Of a DNA stretch of 64,000 bases, positions 36,018-47,682 are shown one piece after another. The position numbers were made by a program, and so were the translations under genes. The first letter of the stretch is position 1. Each line of letters starts with the position of its first letter. The stretch is from Setoptus koraiensis (taxonomy: Eukaryota; Animalia; Arthropoda): assembly GCA_048013815.1 (NCBI GenBank), contig CM106586.1, positions 17,918,001-17,982,000 on the forward strand, given 5' to 3'. Below the pieces are notes generated by a model. That model searched no databases. It was not told the origin of the DNA and saw nothing but the letters and a program-made list of their open reading frames with translations.

Positions 36018-36865
36018 ATTTATGTTCGTAATTGTAAGCAGAAATTCGGGATAATAATACTACTTTTCAGGCAATTTTGACAACACTCTGGGAATTTAGG
36101 CTATGTTCTGACGAAATTTCAACAGGGAAACCCCGATTGGCTTTATTCGAGGGTCATCGAGCTGCGCGATTTACAGGTCTGTGCGGGTCATTGTGCTCTC
36201 CAATACAGACCTGCGCACAACTTGTGGGGGCGGGTGTCCGCCATGAAGTATGGGGTGTGGTCGGACCCAGCCTCTGGCGTAGATGCCAGCGGACCCAGCA
36301 AAGTTCCGTTCCCGCAAACTTGAATTATGCAGATGCGCATTACGAGCCCCAAGATCAATTTAATTCAAATGTCTATTTATTAATTAATCACTCATCTATT
36401 GATGACAAATATCGCGAGAGAGTTTCGTAGTGGTTGAGAAGTTGTCCGTTAAAAGTTACAAGTATGGGCCGGTCTTCTGCGGGTGCGCTTTGGGCACGCA
36501 CACCTATCCCAACACAGAACTCGGTGGGCACTCATGCGATTCAGCACAGCTTGCAACACAAAAACGTTGTGCTTCCCTCGTTCAAATGGAACTGTGCGTA
36601 GTTTGTGTACTAACAAATGCTGTTTTCGCTTGTTGTTTTGCTTGCCATACACAATGTAAGTGACTGTCTTCGGATCACCGTCGTTCCATCGTTATTATAT
36701 TTTTATTATTGTTGATCACCATTCTCACGCCGGACCCACACATAACGTATTTAGAACAATCCAGACACTCTAGTACGTTTATGTGCGTGCCAGTGTCCGC
36801 ACTCGTCAATCTATTGAAGGATTATTCATCAGATATTCACCCTATCAAATTCATATAATTCCAAA

Positions 36866-37081
36866 ATGGATGATGATGAGTCGCCTAGAATTACTAGGAC
36901 TATTGATGAGATAACAGAGGAGGAGATCCATCGCATAAACGAGGAACAATGGCCTTACGTGAATGGTATGTTCGACTCTAAGGGCCAATGGCGCGATTGG
37001 AATGAGCTCACAGTGGGCTTGAGCTACGAGGATAACGAATTGATAATATTGCCTTATACAGCTTGCGAGATTAGTAGCTAG
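36866..37081 (+). CDS. Small uncharacterised protein or terminal exon, 71 aa
   Basis: ATG in good context (CAAAATGG). Globular, non-repetitive composition with spaced W/Y/G/D/P residues (EEQWPYVNGMFDSKGQWRDWNE...SYEDNELIILPY). I could not assign the family. Confidence 0.55.
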   Translation: MDDDESPRITRTIDEITEEEIHRINEEQWPYVNGMFDSKGQWRDWNELTVGLSYEDNELIILPYTACEISS

Positions 37082-37202
37082 TATTATTATTATTAATCAT
37101 ATAGAAGAATTAAAAGAATCTTATCCTGAAACCCCAACAATCGTGACAAATTTTGCTTGTGGCGTATTATTGGATGCTGCGATCAGACTGGATGATTATT
37201 AT

Positions 37203-38120
37203 TTATTTCTCTTGGTTACTAGCGGTATGCTGTTGGTCCTCGTCGTTTGATGTGATGCCCTCTTGAGAAAGATTGGTCTGAGGGGAGTCGTTTATGGATG
37301 CAATCTGTGGTTGTAAATCCCTTTGCTCCATTTTTGTCATAAATTCAAACATCTGCTGCTGCATTCGAGCCAACCCATCTAATAGGAACCGTTCGCGTTT
37401 AAGCTCATGCTCGGCCTCTTGCCTCCGTCGAGCTGACTCTAAAGCTAGTCGCTCTTTTTCCAGTTTGATCCATTCGCGCATATTTTCACTGTCTTTAGTT
37501 AGATGAGCAAACATGCGATCGATGAGTAAAGCGGAAGATGTTACATCAAAAGTGTTTACTTGAGTTGGATAAGATGATGATTGTTGTTGGTGCTGATGTT
37601 GTTGCAGTGTTTGCTGTGGTTGTTGTTGCTGATGGTGCTGATGCGGATGTTGTTGATCGTTGGTAGTTTGTTCAATATCAGAATCAATTTGCTGATCGTC
37701 CATTTGGTCGTCTTGTGCGCCGGCAGTACTTGTCTCATTGTCGCTGCTAATGAAATCAGTCGAATTGAATGGATAATCTGGCTCATAGTCGTTAAGAGCA
37801 TTTTTTACATCTTCAGCATCTTTTGCTTGATATATCCTATGTAGAGCCTCGAAGAAGACGCATTTTTTCTTTTTATCCTGTGTTGGGGCCTTCAATATAC
37901 GTCTATATTCCGCAATCATATTGAATACACGCGTTCTTACTTGATCAGGAGTGCGCTCATAACCACGATCGATGAATTTTTCTGAGATCTTCTCGTATAC
38001 TTTCTTTGTTCTTTTCTTGTTAGATGATTGCCGTTGGACCATGTCATGGCCCCATAACGACAATAACATCTTCGTCTCTTCTATGGTCCAACTTGCGCCT
38101 CTCTCAATAATTGGTTTCAT
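37203..38120 (-). CDS. Myb/SANT-like (trihelix/MSANTD-type) DNA-binding protein with C-terminal coiled coil, 305 aa, intronless
   Basis: WTIEETKMLLSLW...VYEKISEKFIDRGYERTPDQVRTRVFNMIAEYRR...CVFFEALHRIY; Gln-rich middle; EKERLALE...ERFL coiled coil. Confidence 0.88.
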   Translation of the reverse strand: MKPIIERGASWTIEETKMLLSLWGHDMVQRQSSNKKRTKKVYEKISEKFIDRGYERTPDQVRTRVFNMIAEYRRILKAPTQDKKKKCVFFEALHRIYQAKDAEDVKNALNDYEPDYPFNSTDFISSDNETSTAGAQDDQMDDQQIDSDIEQTTNDQQHPHQHHQQQQPQQTLQQHQHQQQSSSYPTQVNTFDVTSSALLIDRMFAHLTKDSENMREWIKLEKERLALESARRRQEAEHELKRERFLLDGLARMQQQMFEFMTKMEQRDLQPQIASINDSPQTNLSQEGITSNDEDQQHTASNQEK

Positions 38121-38821
38121 GTTGACAATACAAATTGGTTAGTGATACTTTATTAGGAATTAGCGAACAATATGCGTTTATATTTAAGCCAAGCCAATAT
38201 TTAGCGTAATATTTATTTGGCTCATGAGGGGTATAAATTTAAATGTTGATTGCGAAGATGATGTTGACGCAGATTGTTGATTTAAAATTTACAAATCGAT
38301 ATTAGACGCATAAATGATAAGTGCTATTGTTAATTGCTAAATGTTGATTGAAATTGTCAGCTGTCGTAACTATTTGGACTCAAAATCATTTACTTCTAGT
38401 TAAGGTTGTTAGTATTGACTGCCAGTAGATGTCAGCACGTAGAACAATTGTTTTGCCATAAATTGTACTCAAGCGCGTGCGTTTCTGACATACTCGGTGT
38501 AATCTCACTTCTTTCCAACTTTCTGATCGATTTTTTGTACACACAAAGTTAATAATCGCGTTTGTGCACACGCCGAAAAAGCCTCTGTGCGTGTGCACAG
38601 AAAGTTGGAAAGAAGTGAGATAACATCCAGTAAAACTGTCGTATATTGCAACTCAATGAAATGGTGAACATCAATTATATAAGATGCACTGTTTCTTACG
38701 ATAGAGAGTATTATTATTATCTAGCAGGATTTATCTAGTAGTCTATCTTATCTATTTAATTTACCTTCATAATCAATTTGCTGACTGCATCATCCGTGGT
38801 AAATAGGTTATGAATAAGACT

Positions 38822-40130
38822 ATGGAATTGCCCGGCATAGTATGTATTATGTTCGTTTTAGTCTGCCATGTTCATTATCGTCATCTCGTACCATGACGAT
38901 TTACTAATAATTTTTATTTTTTCGACATCAATGTTTAGGTTACTGACCAGCCCGAGGTTTACGAATCTGAGCCAACTGCCTCGGACGCAAATACTCTCAA
39001 TGAAGTGGATTTCGGGGACCACTCTGACTTTGTTGATGTCATCACAGTCCCAATTAAGCAAGCGTTCAATCATTTTGCTCAAAGAGAGGACGAGATTGCC
39101 CAATTCTATGTTCAAAAGTTCGGTGAATGGAAAATTGCGAGTGGGCCTCAAGATGAGACAGAAATAGAGAGATACCACAGACTAAATTCTGAGGTGAACG
39201 AACTTCTCTCCAGATTCCAGTCGCTCCAAGCGTCTTCTAAGTTGAATGTAGGATCCTTATCAAATGCTGAAATTGTTTCAAATCTGGAGGTCTTGTCATC
39301 CCAACTCAAAGCCCTTGATATTGACCTGTCAGCACCGGGAAATTCCATGCTACGTGGTAACTCTGAATTTGATAAGATAGAGTCTCGCTTGAATAGTACA
39401 AACTTTGGAAAAGAGGGAAAAGAGACAAAAGAGGGGAAGTCAAATGAAACGACGTCTAACGATTCTCTTAAGATTGCTGCACTCGAGCAGCGAATCAGGC
39501 AGCTGGAATCCGTTCTAGGTCCGGATGATAACAAAGAGAAATCCTTATTCAAGTTGACAAGAGCGGAGAATCTAACAGATGCTGTAGAGGTATTAAGCTC
39601 CTGGGTATCTTTGTTCAAACCAACTTACATAGAGCGTGTGAGTAAAGAGGTGAACTATCTTGTTCAAAAACTGGAAAAAATTGATGAGACCCCAGTTGAG
39701 GCAAATGTGGACAGCCAAAAAAAGTCAAAGATCGACAGTCTCTGTGATATGGTGACATCAACCGATAGATACCGCGCACTTGTGCCTAATATAATGCAAA
39801 GATTGCTTGCTTTAGAAGAAGTTCAACAAAAAGGTAGGCACAAAGACAGGTTTTCATCAGTTATTATCAGCTGCGCTAACCGTAATTTAATTCATACAAT
39901 TTTTGTACATTTCATCATTTACATTCTAATGATATATTCTTCTATTTCAAATAGCGCTGGAAGTAGTATCAACTATGACACAACTTGAGCAGGTTCAGGC
40001 CAAAATAGTCAATGGGTTGACGACTAATGAGACAGATCTCAATTCGCTAAAAGAAATGTTTGCAAAAAATATTGATTTAATCAAAAGTATAGCAGCTGAT
40101 TTTGATTCCAGGATTAGCGCCATAAAATAA
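38822..40130 (+). CDS. DCTN2: Dynactin subunit 2 (p50 dynamitin), about 362 aa
   Basis: Exons 38822-38839 (MELPGI), 38939-39833 (DQPEVYES...ETEIERYHRLNSEVNEL...LEQRIRQLESVLG...VPNIMQRLLALEEVQQK) and 39955-40130. The 1089-nt total is in frame. Confidence 0.9.
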
Positions 40131-40228
40131 ACTAGATTACGAACGTAAATTGTCTAATCTGAACTAAATCGCTGAATCATTACGTCCTTTTCTCTGATAA
40201 TTTTCTGATGAAGTTATTGATGTAATAG

Positions 40229-40297
40229 AAATAGTAATAATAATAATAATAATAATAGTAATAATAATAATAATAATAGTAATCGTAATAATAATAG
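40229..40297. repeat. (AAT/AGT)n trinucleotide microsatellite
   Basis: Run of aat/agt triplets between the convergent DCTN2 and LARP 3' ends. Confidence 0.9.
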
Positions 40298-40361
40298 CAT
40301 ATGCGAATATCTCTAATATACGATAAGTATAATATTTAATCATAATAGGTAATAGTCAAAA

Positions 40362-42080
40362 TTAAGATATTTCCAACACCTTGTTATGTCTCTGCCTGTG
40401 AGCTTTCCGCCTTGATTTAACTTCTTTCCATTCGGATTCAACAATTGAGGAACCCTTGTGATTGGTTTTGGTAGGAATTTCATCACTGCTATTTTGATGT
40501 GAGCTATTTGTTTTGCTATGACCGTTATTCAAGTGAAGGTTGTTGCTTATGTTAAGGCTGCTCAATGTTATGGCACAATCGGAGCCATGGCTATTAGTTG
40601 AGCTTATACTGCTGGTCTTTTTACTGCTACTACTATTACTATTGTTGGAGGCTCCAGTACGAACGTCATTTCGTTTAATATTAGGCTTATTTACTTCTTT
40701 GGGGTTGGAGTTTGTATGAGTGGCATTGGCATATGTGGATGCATTTGAACTGCCGGTAGGTGTCGGTGTGGTTGGACCATTAGTCACAGCTGTAGCGTAA
40801 GTTTGACCAGGAACAAATGGGGAAGCATGTGGGTCTAGGGCGATTGATGCAGTGCTTGATTGTGGCTGATGCAACTCAGTTTGCTCTGATGGAGTGGGCT
40901 GCTGTTGTGTTAGTGGGGGATCTTGATTTTTAGTTTGATTGGCTTGGGTTTGTGTTGTATGTGACAATGGTTGGTGCTGATGCATAGTTTGGGGTTGCGA
41001 AAGTGGAGCAGAGTCAATTTGTTGTAGTTGTTGTTGTTGATGATGGTGTTGATTTGTATAGAGGTGTTGATTTATATGCTGCAGCTGATTGTGTTGCTGT
41101 TGTTGTTGGTGCATGTGATGTGGTTGTTGATGTGTTTGCTGGTGTTGATGGTGCAATATTTGCTGTGGCTGGTGTGATTGCTGGTGCGATTGCGACTGTT
41201 GCGATTGCTGCTGTTGCGATTGCTGCTGTGTTTGTTGTGTTTCTGGTTTAGACTGTGTCCCGGGTTGCGACTGTATATCGGGTTGCGATTGTGTTTGTTG
41301 CAGTAGTGGCTGTTGCAGCTGCGAATTCTGCTGTTGCTGCTGCTTATGCTTGTGGTGTGTGGTTGTGATAGGTTGTTGTTGGTGTTGTTCTGATGGTGAT
41401 ATCGATGTGGTGGCTGGTTGTTGAAGTTGAATATCATCATTTATTGGTTGCGTCGTCGTGGTAGTTGTGTTAGTTTGTTGTTGTTGCAATTGCTGTGGAT
41501 GCAGTGGTTGTTGTTGTTGAATCATTTGCATTGATTGTTGCGCTTGCTGCTGCGTTGCTGGCTGCTGCAATATCTGATGCAATGTTTCCGGGAACGGCCA
41601 CCTAAGTGGCTCATTCTTGGGTCTAATCTTGGAGTTATCACTCATATCAATATATTCAGAGTCTTTAATAGCGCTTATGATAGTATCCATATCTTGTGTC
41701 ATCACTTGAATTCGATGAAACGAGGCTATTGAGGCTAGTGGTACATAACCGTCTTTATCCATTTTTTGTCGTAAGAATACATCTTTAATTAGATTTTCCT
41801 CGCTGAAATAATATTCAATCTGCTTTCTAACCATTGTTTCAATCGCACTTCTATCATAACCATAGTAAGCCGGGAAATAGGTAGGAGCATATGCAGCTGG
41901 CGAAAAGACTGGCGGCATTTGTGGTGGCGGGTATTCTATGAAATATGCTGCTGTTGCAGCTTGTGTTGGGGGGCCAGCGTTGTGATCGGGCTGTGTGGTT
42001 CCGTCGCCAGTAGTAGTGTGATGGTGATAATTATTATGCCTGTAATAATTTTTGTTACTTGAACGACGGTGAGGCTTCAT
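40362..42080 (-). CDS. LARP1: La-related protein, LARP1-type La motif plus a Gln/Thr-rich tail; upstream exons possible
   Basis: RKQIEYYFSEENLIKDVFLRQKMDKDGYVPLASIASFHRIQVMT...PLRWP, and a late SEWKEVKSRRK motif typical of LARP1/1B. An AG directly before the ATG at 42080 could be a splice acceptor. Confidence 0.8.
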   Translation of the reverse strand: MKPHRRSSNKNYYRHNNYHHHTTTGDGTTQPDHNAGPPTQAATAAYFIEYPPPQMPPVFSPAAYAPTYFPAYYGYDRSAIETMVRKQIEYYFSEENLIKDVFLRQKMDKDGYVPLASIASFHRIQVMTQDMDTIISAIKDSEYIDMSDNSKIRPKNEPLRWPFPETLHQILQQPATQQQAQQSMQMIQQQQPLHPQQLQQQQTNTTTTTTQPINDDIQLQQPATTSISPSEQHQQQPITTTHHKHKQQQQQNSQLQQPLLQQTQSQPDIQSQPGTQSKPETQQTQQQSQQQQSQQSQSHQQSHQPQQILHHQHQQTHQQPHHMHQQQQQHNQLQHINQHLYTNQHHHQQQQLQQIDSAPLSQPQTMHQHQPLSHTTQTQANQTKNQDPPLTQQQPTPSEQTELHQPQSSTASIALDPHASPFVPGQTYATAVTNGPTTPTPTGSSNASTYANATHTNSNPKEVNKPNIKRNDVRTGASNNSNSSSSKKTSSISSTNSHGSDCAITLSSLNISNNLHLNNGHSKTNSSHQNSSDEIPTKTNHKGSSIVESEWKEVKSRRKAHRQRHNKVLEIS

Positions 42081-45000
42081 CTTGCAATTAATAATTACAA
42101 TTAATTATATCAAGATGATGTATATGTGTGTGTGTAGAATCAATAATAATAATAGTGATAATGTCGATGCTGTTATAATGTTAATAATTATAATAGTCGT
42201 AATAGTTGTAATGATAATAATAAGAAGAAGAATAATGGTAATAGCAATAATAATAATAATATTTATAATAGTTCAATAATGATAATAGTATAGTGGTGGT
42301 AATAGAAATAATAATAATGATAATTTTTCGATTATGTATACGAATGTAGTGTCGCTTTAGGCTGCTGCTACTAATGCTTGTGCATATTGCGGCATTGCCT
42401 GAGCTGCTGCCTCTTGCTGTTGCTGCCTCTTGCTATATAACACACTTACTCATTTGTTAATATGGGGTGCTATATTCAAAGCGTCAAGCTATAATACACA
42501 CTGTCCAGCTTCTGGCACATGGTGCTTTTGTCAATTATCGAAAAAATATGTATTGTGGAAGGCGGCGTAGGATTGGTAGTTCAAAATGACTCTTTGAATA
42601 AAGCACTCTCTTCGAGAGCGCACAGGCCAGCGCACACACACACACACACACACTCACATTTTATCCATTGATTCTGTACACAAGCACAGGCACAAGAACA
42701 CAAGCAAAAGTATAGAAGCAAAAGCTACAGCGATAGCATTGGCTATTGCAGCAGCGGCGGCAGCAGCAGCGGCAGCAGTGGAGAGAGAGTGAAAGCAATA
42801 GCAGGGGCAAGAGTGCAAGCACAAACATAAACACAATCGTATGCAGGAACAAGCGAATCTCTCTGGTTACCCCGGGCACACTGTGCGGCTCAAAAACACA
42901 AAACGTACACTAGCAGCGCATGTTGTCTGCAATTCGTGTGCAATGAGTTAGCCCGCGTCGGACGGACAGACGGCTCGAGCACTGGCACGATCTGTGCCTA
43001 ATCATCATAAACTGTTCCGCTGTGTAAATGCTCTACCAAAAGCGGCCAGCAATAAACAGTTCAACTGGATCTTTTGATTGGTACACCCTATACGTTATTA
43101 TAACGTCGCTACAGCAAACTGTGAATGCGACAAGGAAGCAAGAAATACACACAGGGGCACGCATGTATTGAGTGTGTAGTATAGAGAGTAAATGGATGGA
43201 AATAATTGAGAGAAAGGCATGTGCGTTCTGGTTGAAAATCAAGTCAGCCAGCAGCAGCAGCGACAAGCGTGTTTCTGGGTCCGTCCGTCCGTCCGTCTGT
43301 CAGTCCGCCCGTCCGTCCGTCTGTCAAGTCGGCCCGTCTGCGCCCGCTGTGCAGAGCTGTGTGGCTGCGCGCATATGAGCTTAGAATCAACCATATGATC
43401 AACCTGATGATCGCCAGTAGTGTTGCTGTTTTGAAATTCGAATCAATCGAACATCGGATCGGGTCGGACGGGATCGGCACACAAGCACCAGCACAGACAC
43501 AGACACAGACTCACGTTGGTAACAAAAACACACACACGCACACAGTGTGTACATTTAAGTGTGGAACATTATTACTGGAGAGCGAGTGTACAAGTGGAAC
43601 ACAAGAAAAAGACGCATGAAACAGCAATCAGTAGCATTGTTGCAATGGGAGCGAGCCAGTCAGCCAGCCAGCCAGCCAATCAGACTGCCATCGCTGGCAG
43701 TGCAAAGCATGTGCACAGTGCGTTAGTGCAATGGTTTTAATGGTACAGTCCTGTATGTGTGGTAGACGTCCACGAGGGCGGCGTGAGCGAGCGCAACGCA
43801 AAATTGTATTGGATGCGTTGGACCTTGTTAGCGTGGTTGGAGAGGGAGCGCCCCTAGCGGACATTCCCCGCGCGGGGCTCATTGCCATTCGAAATTGGCC
43901 ACACAGGATACAGCTTGCACTTGCGTTATCTGCTGCCTCTCGATTGCTGTCGCTGCTGCAGCAGCGGCAGCAACACAACAGCGTGCGCTCGGGTGCTTGT
44001 GGACACACTGCGCACACACACACTCACACACACACAAGGCAAGGCATGCGAGTGCTTGTGTGTGCGGGGGGAGAGAGAAGAAAAGAGTGAGCGAATGTTA
44101 TAGGGCAGAGCGTGAGTTTTTGTGTAGCCACACAATACAACAACACGATGATCGTCATGTGTTTCAGTTCGAGTATCTCCCCTGCAATGTAGCCCCCCGC
44201 TATACACACTTGCTGTTTGTACACACAAGTTGCCGTCGTCGTAGTTGGCCGGTTCGGTTCTGTTCGGTTTGGTTCGCTGTGTCGGCCGCCGTCCGCTCTC
44301 TGTGTCTCGTTCGAACTTCGAATTCGAACTTGGAATTGGTCGCAGTGTGTGCGCTCGCTGCTGTGAGCCGAGCTGATTACAACGAGCCAGCGAGCAAGAC
44401 TACGACGAGTCGGCCGCCGCACCACATACTGCACTGCTGCTAAGATTGCTACTCTCACTACTGCACACTGTACTGTTTGCTACGACGGGAAGCTAAAGCA
44501 AGCCGGCTACACTATACACTGTGACGGCGGCAGCGGCGGCGGCGGAATCAGCTACGACGGCGATACACATATATTTATATCTGTATATATCTTTTCACCC
44601 ATGCTCATGCACATCGTGCCAGTCGAATGGGCGACTGTGAGCCAAATGAGCATCATGTCCATGTGCGCTACTCGGGGCTCATTGCAACTTGCAGCAAACG
44701 CGGCTCGCCAGCCGCAAGCCAGCCAGCCAGCCATATAGACAGGCGGACAATCGCAGTCACTTGCAATCATGGTTGCCAGCTTGTCGTTATTTATACCATT
44801 TAGTGCACACTATTTGGCAGTGTATGAAGCAGCTACCACTAGACTGTATAACCAGCGATATATATAGTTGTCGTCGTTTACTTAGCTGCCACAGTTGCTG
44901 TTGTTGCAACAGTGCAGTATACAAATACATTTGCTGGATTGCTCCTGTGTTTCACTCATTATCATCATAATCGTCATCACTATCATCATTGCCAGCATTC

Positions 45001-46830
45001 AGTCAGCCAGCCAGCCAGACAGACAGTCAGACAGCGAAATTGAACGCCTCCAGTGTTTCACTGCTTGCGCGATGCGACCGTTCTTCTGCGCGATTCAATC
45101 GTCGTCTAGGTGTGCTGTGTTGCTGCTGTTCGATACAAATGGTCAAAACATTGACGCGACAAAGGTCCGCCGGGGCGGCGCTCACGCAAGCCAGCCGGCT
45201 GCACGAGCAACAAGCTCCACCGATTGCAAAATAATGCACACAGTTGCTATGGTGCAGCAGCAACAGGAAGCGAGCATGTTAAAATGCGGCCAGCGCCCCT
45301 GGTGGCTCCCTTGCTCACCGCATGTACTATGCGGCGCATAGTTTATGTACGGTGCAAACACTATAGGGTTTTTGGGGTCGAGCGAGGCACATGCAAAAGC
45401 AGCCGCACATGGGCACAGATGGTGCAAAAAAGCGTCGCAAGCGCCTCTGGCACTGGAACTAAACGTTGCACTGAATGGCCGGCGAAACGAGCTCAGAAAT
45501 GCATGTTTATGCACGAACTGTGCGAGCTTGGCGAGCGCAGTTCGGATGAGGTTTTTGCAGCGATGCAGCTGCTGCTGCATTGGTTTGTAATCGCGTTGGC
45601 TCGCGAGGGCTGCAGCGGAATGTTTGCCCTGACATTCATATGGCTCTCACACAGTCAGTTGTGAGTGGGCCGAAATATGAGCAGCGCCTCTGGTTGATGT
45701 TTCGCAGAACGCATTAGTTGCACGGATCAAAAAATGTTACAATCTGCTAAGCTGCGGCGGCGGCGGCAGGCAGTGCGGTCTTTGTGGTCACCGGACGGAC
45801 CGCTGTGGAGCGGCTTACGGCGCAAACTGTGCGAAACAGCTCGCTCGACTCGAACACCCTGTACCCTGTCCACCATACCCTGTCCGCTATGCGCTGTCCA
45901 CCATACCCTGTCCAGCATACGCTGTGCACTGTACAGCGTATGCCGGCTGCAGTTGGGCACTGGACATGCGTGCGTCATTTGCGGCCTGCGTTATTTTGCG
46001 AACCGCCGACTGGCTGTCGGTGCTAATCACCGGGCCAGCATTGGCGAGGGCCGCGAACACGCTGACCAAAGAAGCGTGCTCTCGCCGGACCTGCGGCCTG
46101 GCTACCGGACTCCAGTGACTAGACTCCAGTGACCGGAGTCCGGGGTACACACACTCTCGTAGTGCAGTAAAACTTGCAGTGAACAGCGTGCACTGAGTAG
46201 GTTACACACAAGCCCGCAAGCAACGTGTTTTTGGCGTGTTGTCGCTGTTGGGTATGCATGCGATAACATGTGACCGTGCAAGGAGCTGCCGCATGCGAGT
46301 GTGGCCAACAAAAAACAAGACACTGCCACGGTACTGACCGCACAACGGTAAATGAGGCTCGCCTCCGTTTGTGCCCAAAGTGTTGCTGCGCACGCTCGCC
46401 GCCGTCGTGTCTTTTAGTGCCGTTTACTGTTACATGTGCACACCGCATAGCTGCTATGTCATAGCATGCGGAACACACTGTGTTGCGGTGACAACATGCA
46501 CTAGTGCTAGTACATTTACTTGTGGCGGCATATCCAGCCCAAGTCTTTGCGACAAGTGCCCGTGTTGCGCCATCAGCCGCCGATGACGAGAGCGTGTCGC
46601 AAAGACGGGGGCGTGATGGGTGTAGCAAGTGGTGCGGCTAGTCGAGTACCGTTAGCGGTGCAGCGCCGCACAACAAACAAATTGCGATATATTTACATGT
46701 GTGTGTGTGTGTTTGCGCACCATAAAACAACAACAACGGCACCAGCATCATCATGTTTAAAGGGACATCGTGGTGCATCAACGGCGTGCGTGTGTGCGCT
46801 TGCAGCACGCTGTGCGCCGTCCGACCACGC

Positions 46831-46888
<58 letters not shown>

Positions 46889-46937
46889 TACTCTTGGCCA
46901 CTGTGGTGCATGTGTGCGTGTGCTTGTGTGTCGTGTG

Positions 46938-46992
<55 letters not shown>

Positions 46993-47003
46993 GTGTGTGT
47001 GTG
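46831..47003. repeat. Long interrupted (GT)n microsatellite
   Basis: About 170 nt of GT dinucleotide with short interruptions. It produces the spurious CV/TH-repeat ORFs in the track. Confidence 0.97.
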
Positions 47004-47258
47004 CCGTCGCTGGCGAGTCGCTAACAGCGAGTCAGCGGCATTGGCGTATAGTGCACCACTGCACCATGCCATATACAGTATACTATGCACAGTATAGTGT
47101 GCACCGTGTAAATGGGGGGCCGGCAGCAAGTGACCAAGCCACAAAAGCACCTGTGCAGCACAGTAGCACACAAGCCGCGTTGCGTGGGCAGCGCACAAAC
47201 TTGGCCGTTCGCTCCTCACACCCTATACGCCGCATAGGCCGTGTACCATACTATACAG

Positions 47259-47315
47259 TGTATAGAATACAGTGGTATAGTACTGTATAGAATACAGTGG
47301 TATAGTACTGTATAG
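47259..47315. repeat. 25-bp tandem repeat (TGTATAGAATACAGTGGTATAGTAC), about 2.3 copies
   Basis: Units at 47259 and 47284, partial at 47309. Confidence 0.9.
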
Positions 47316-47597
47316 TGTGAGCACCAGACATTGCCGCATCTTGCAACTGTTCGCATCTGCGCACACACTCCGCGCCAACATATGATTTGGGGCCAGCTTG
47401 ATGAATGGCGCAATGTGAGCATGTGCTCTCGACGCGCGAATATAGGTTGCGCCTCTGGAGCAACCTTTGAGCTTTGAGCCTTTGGCTTTGGGAGCTCACT
47501 CGCTCTCGCTTTGAGAACTCGCTAGCTCGCCCCCACACACAGTCTGTGCCATAGACTGTGTGGCCTCTTGGCCTGCACAGTTGCGTCTGTTCGATAA

Positions 47598-47682
47598 TGT
47601 GACTTGTTCGACGGTGTGACTTGTTCGACGGTGTGACTTGTTCGATGGTGTGGCTTGTTCGATGTTGTGACTTGCTTGATAT
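47598..47682. repeat. 17-bp tandem repeat (TGTGACTTGTTCGACGG), 5 copies, progressively diverged
   Basis: Units at 47598, 47615, 47632, 47649 and 47666. Confidence 0.92.

Noticed and set aside
36169-36210. CAGGTCTGT...ACAGACCTG hairpin as a miRNA or ncRNA
   Set aside because: The stem is only 9 bp with a large loop, and there is no match to conserved arthropod miRNAs I know.
36794-36805. GTGTCCGCACT match to SRP (7SL) RNA
   Set aside because: The match stops after 11 nt; the following conserved helix 6/8 sequences are absent.
39148-39618. Antisense ORFs overlapping DCTN2 (similar ones overlap GAS2-like, LARP, SCYL1 and p23)
   Set aside because: These are shadows of real coding sequence on the opposite strand with no independent features.
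43870-44686. Two CGGGGCTCATT motifs resembling the RNase MRP CR-V region
   Set aside because: No upstream GAAAGTCCCC-like CR-I partner for P4 pairing could be found.
46520-47290. Long Cys-Val and Thr-His repeat ORFs
   Set aside because: They are translations of the (GT)n microsatellite.
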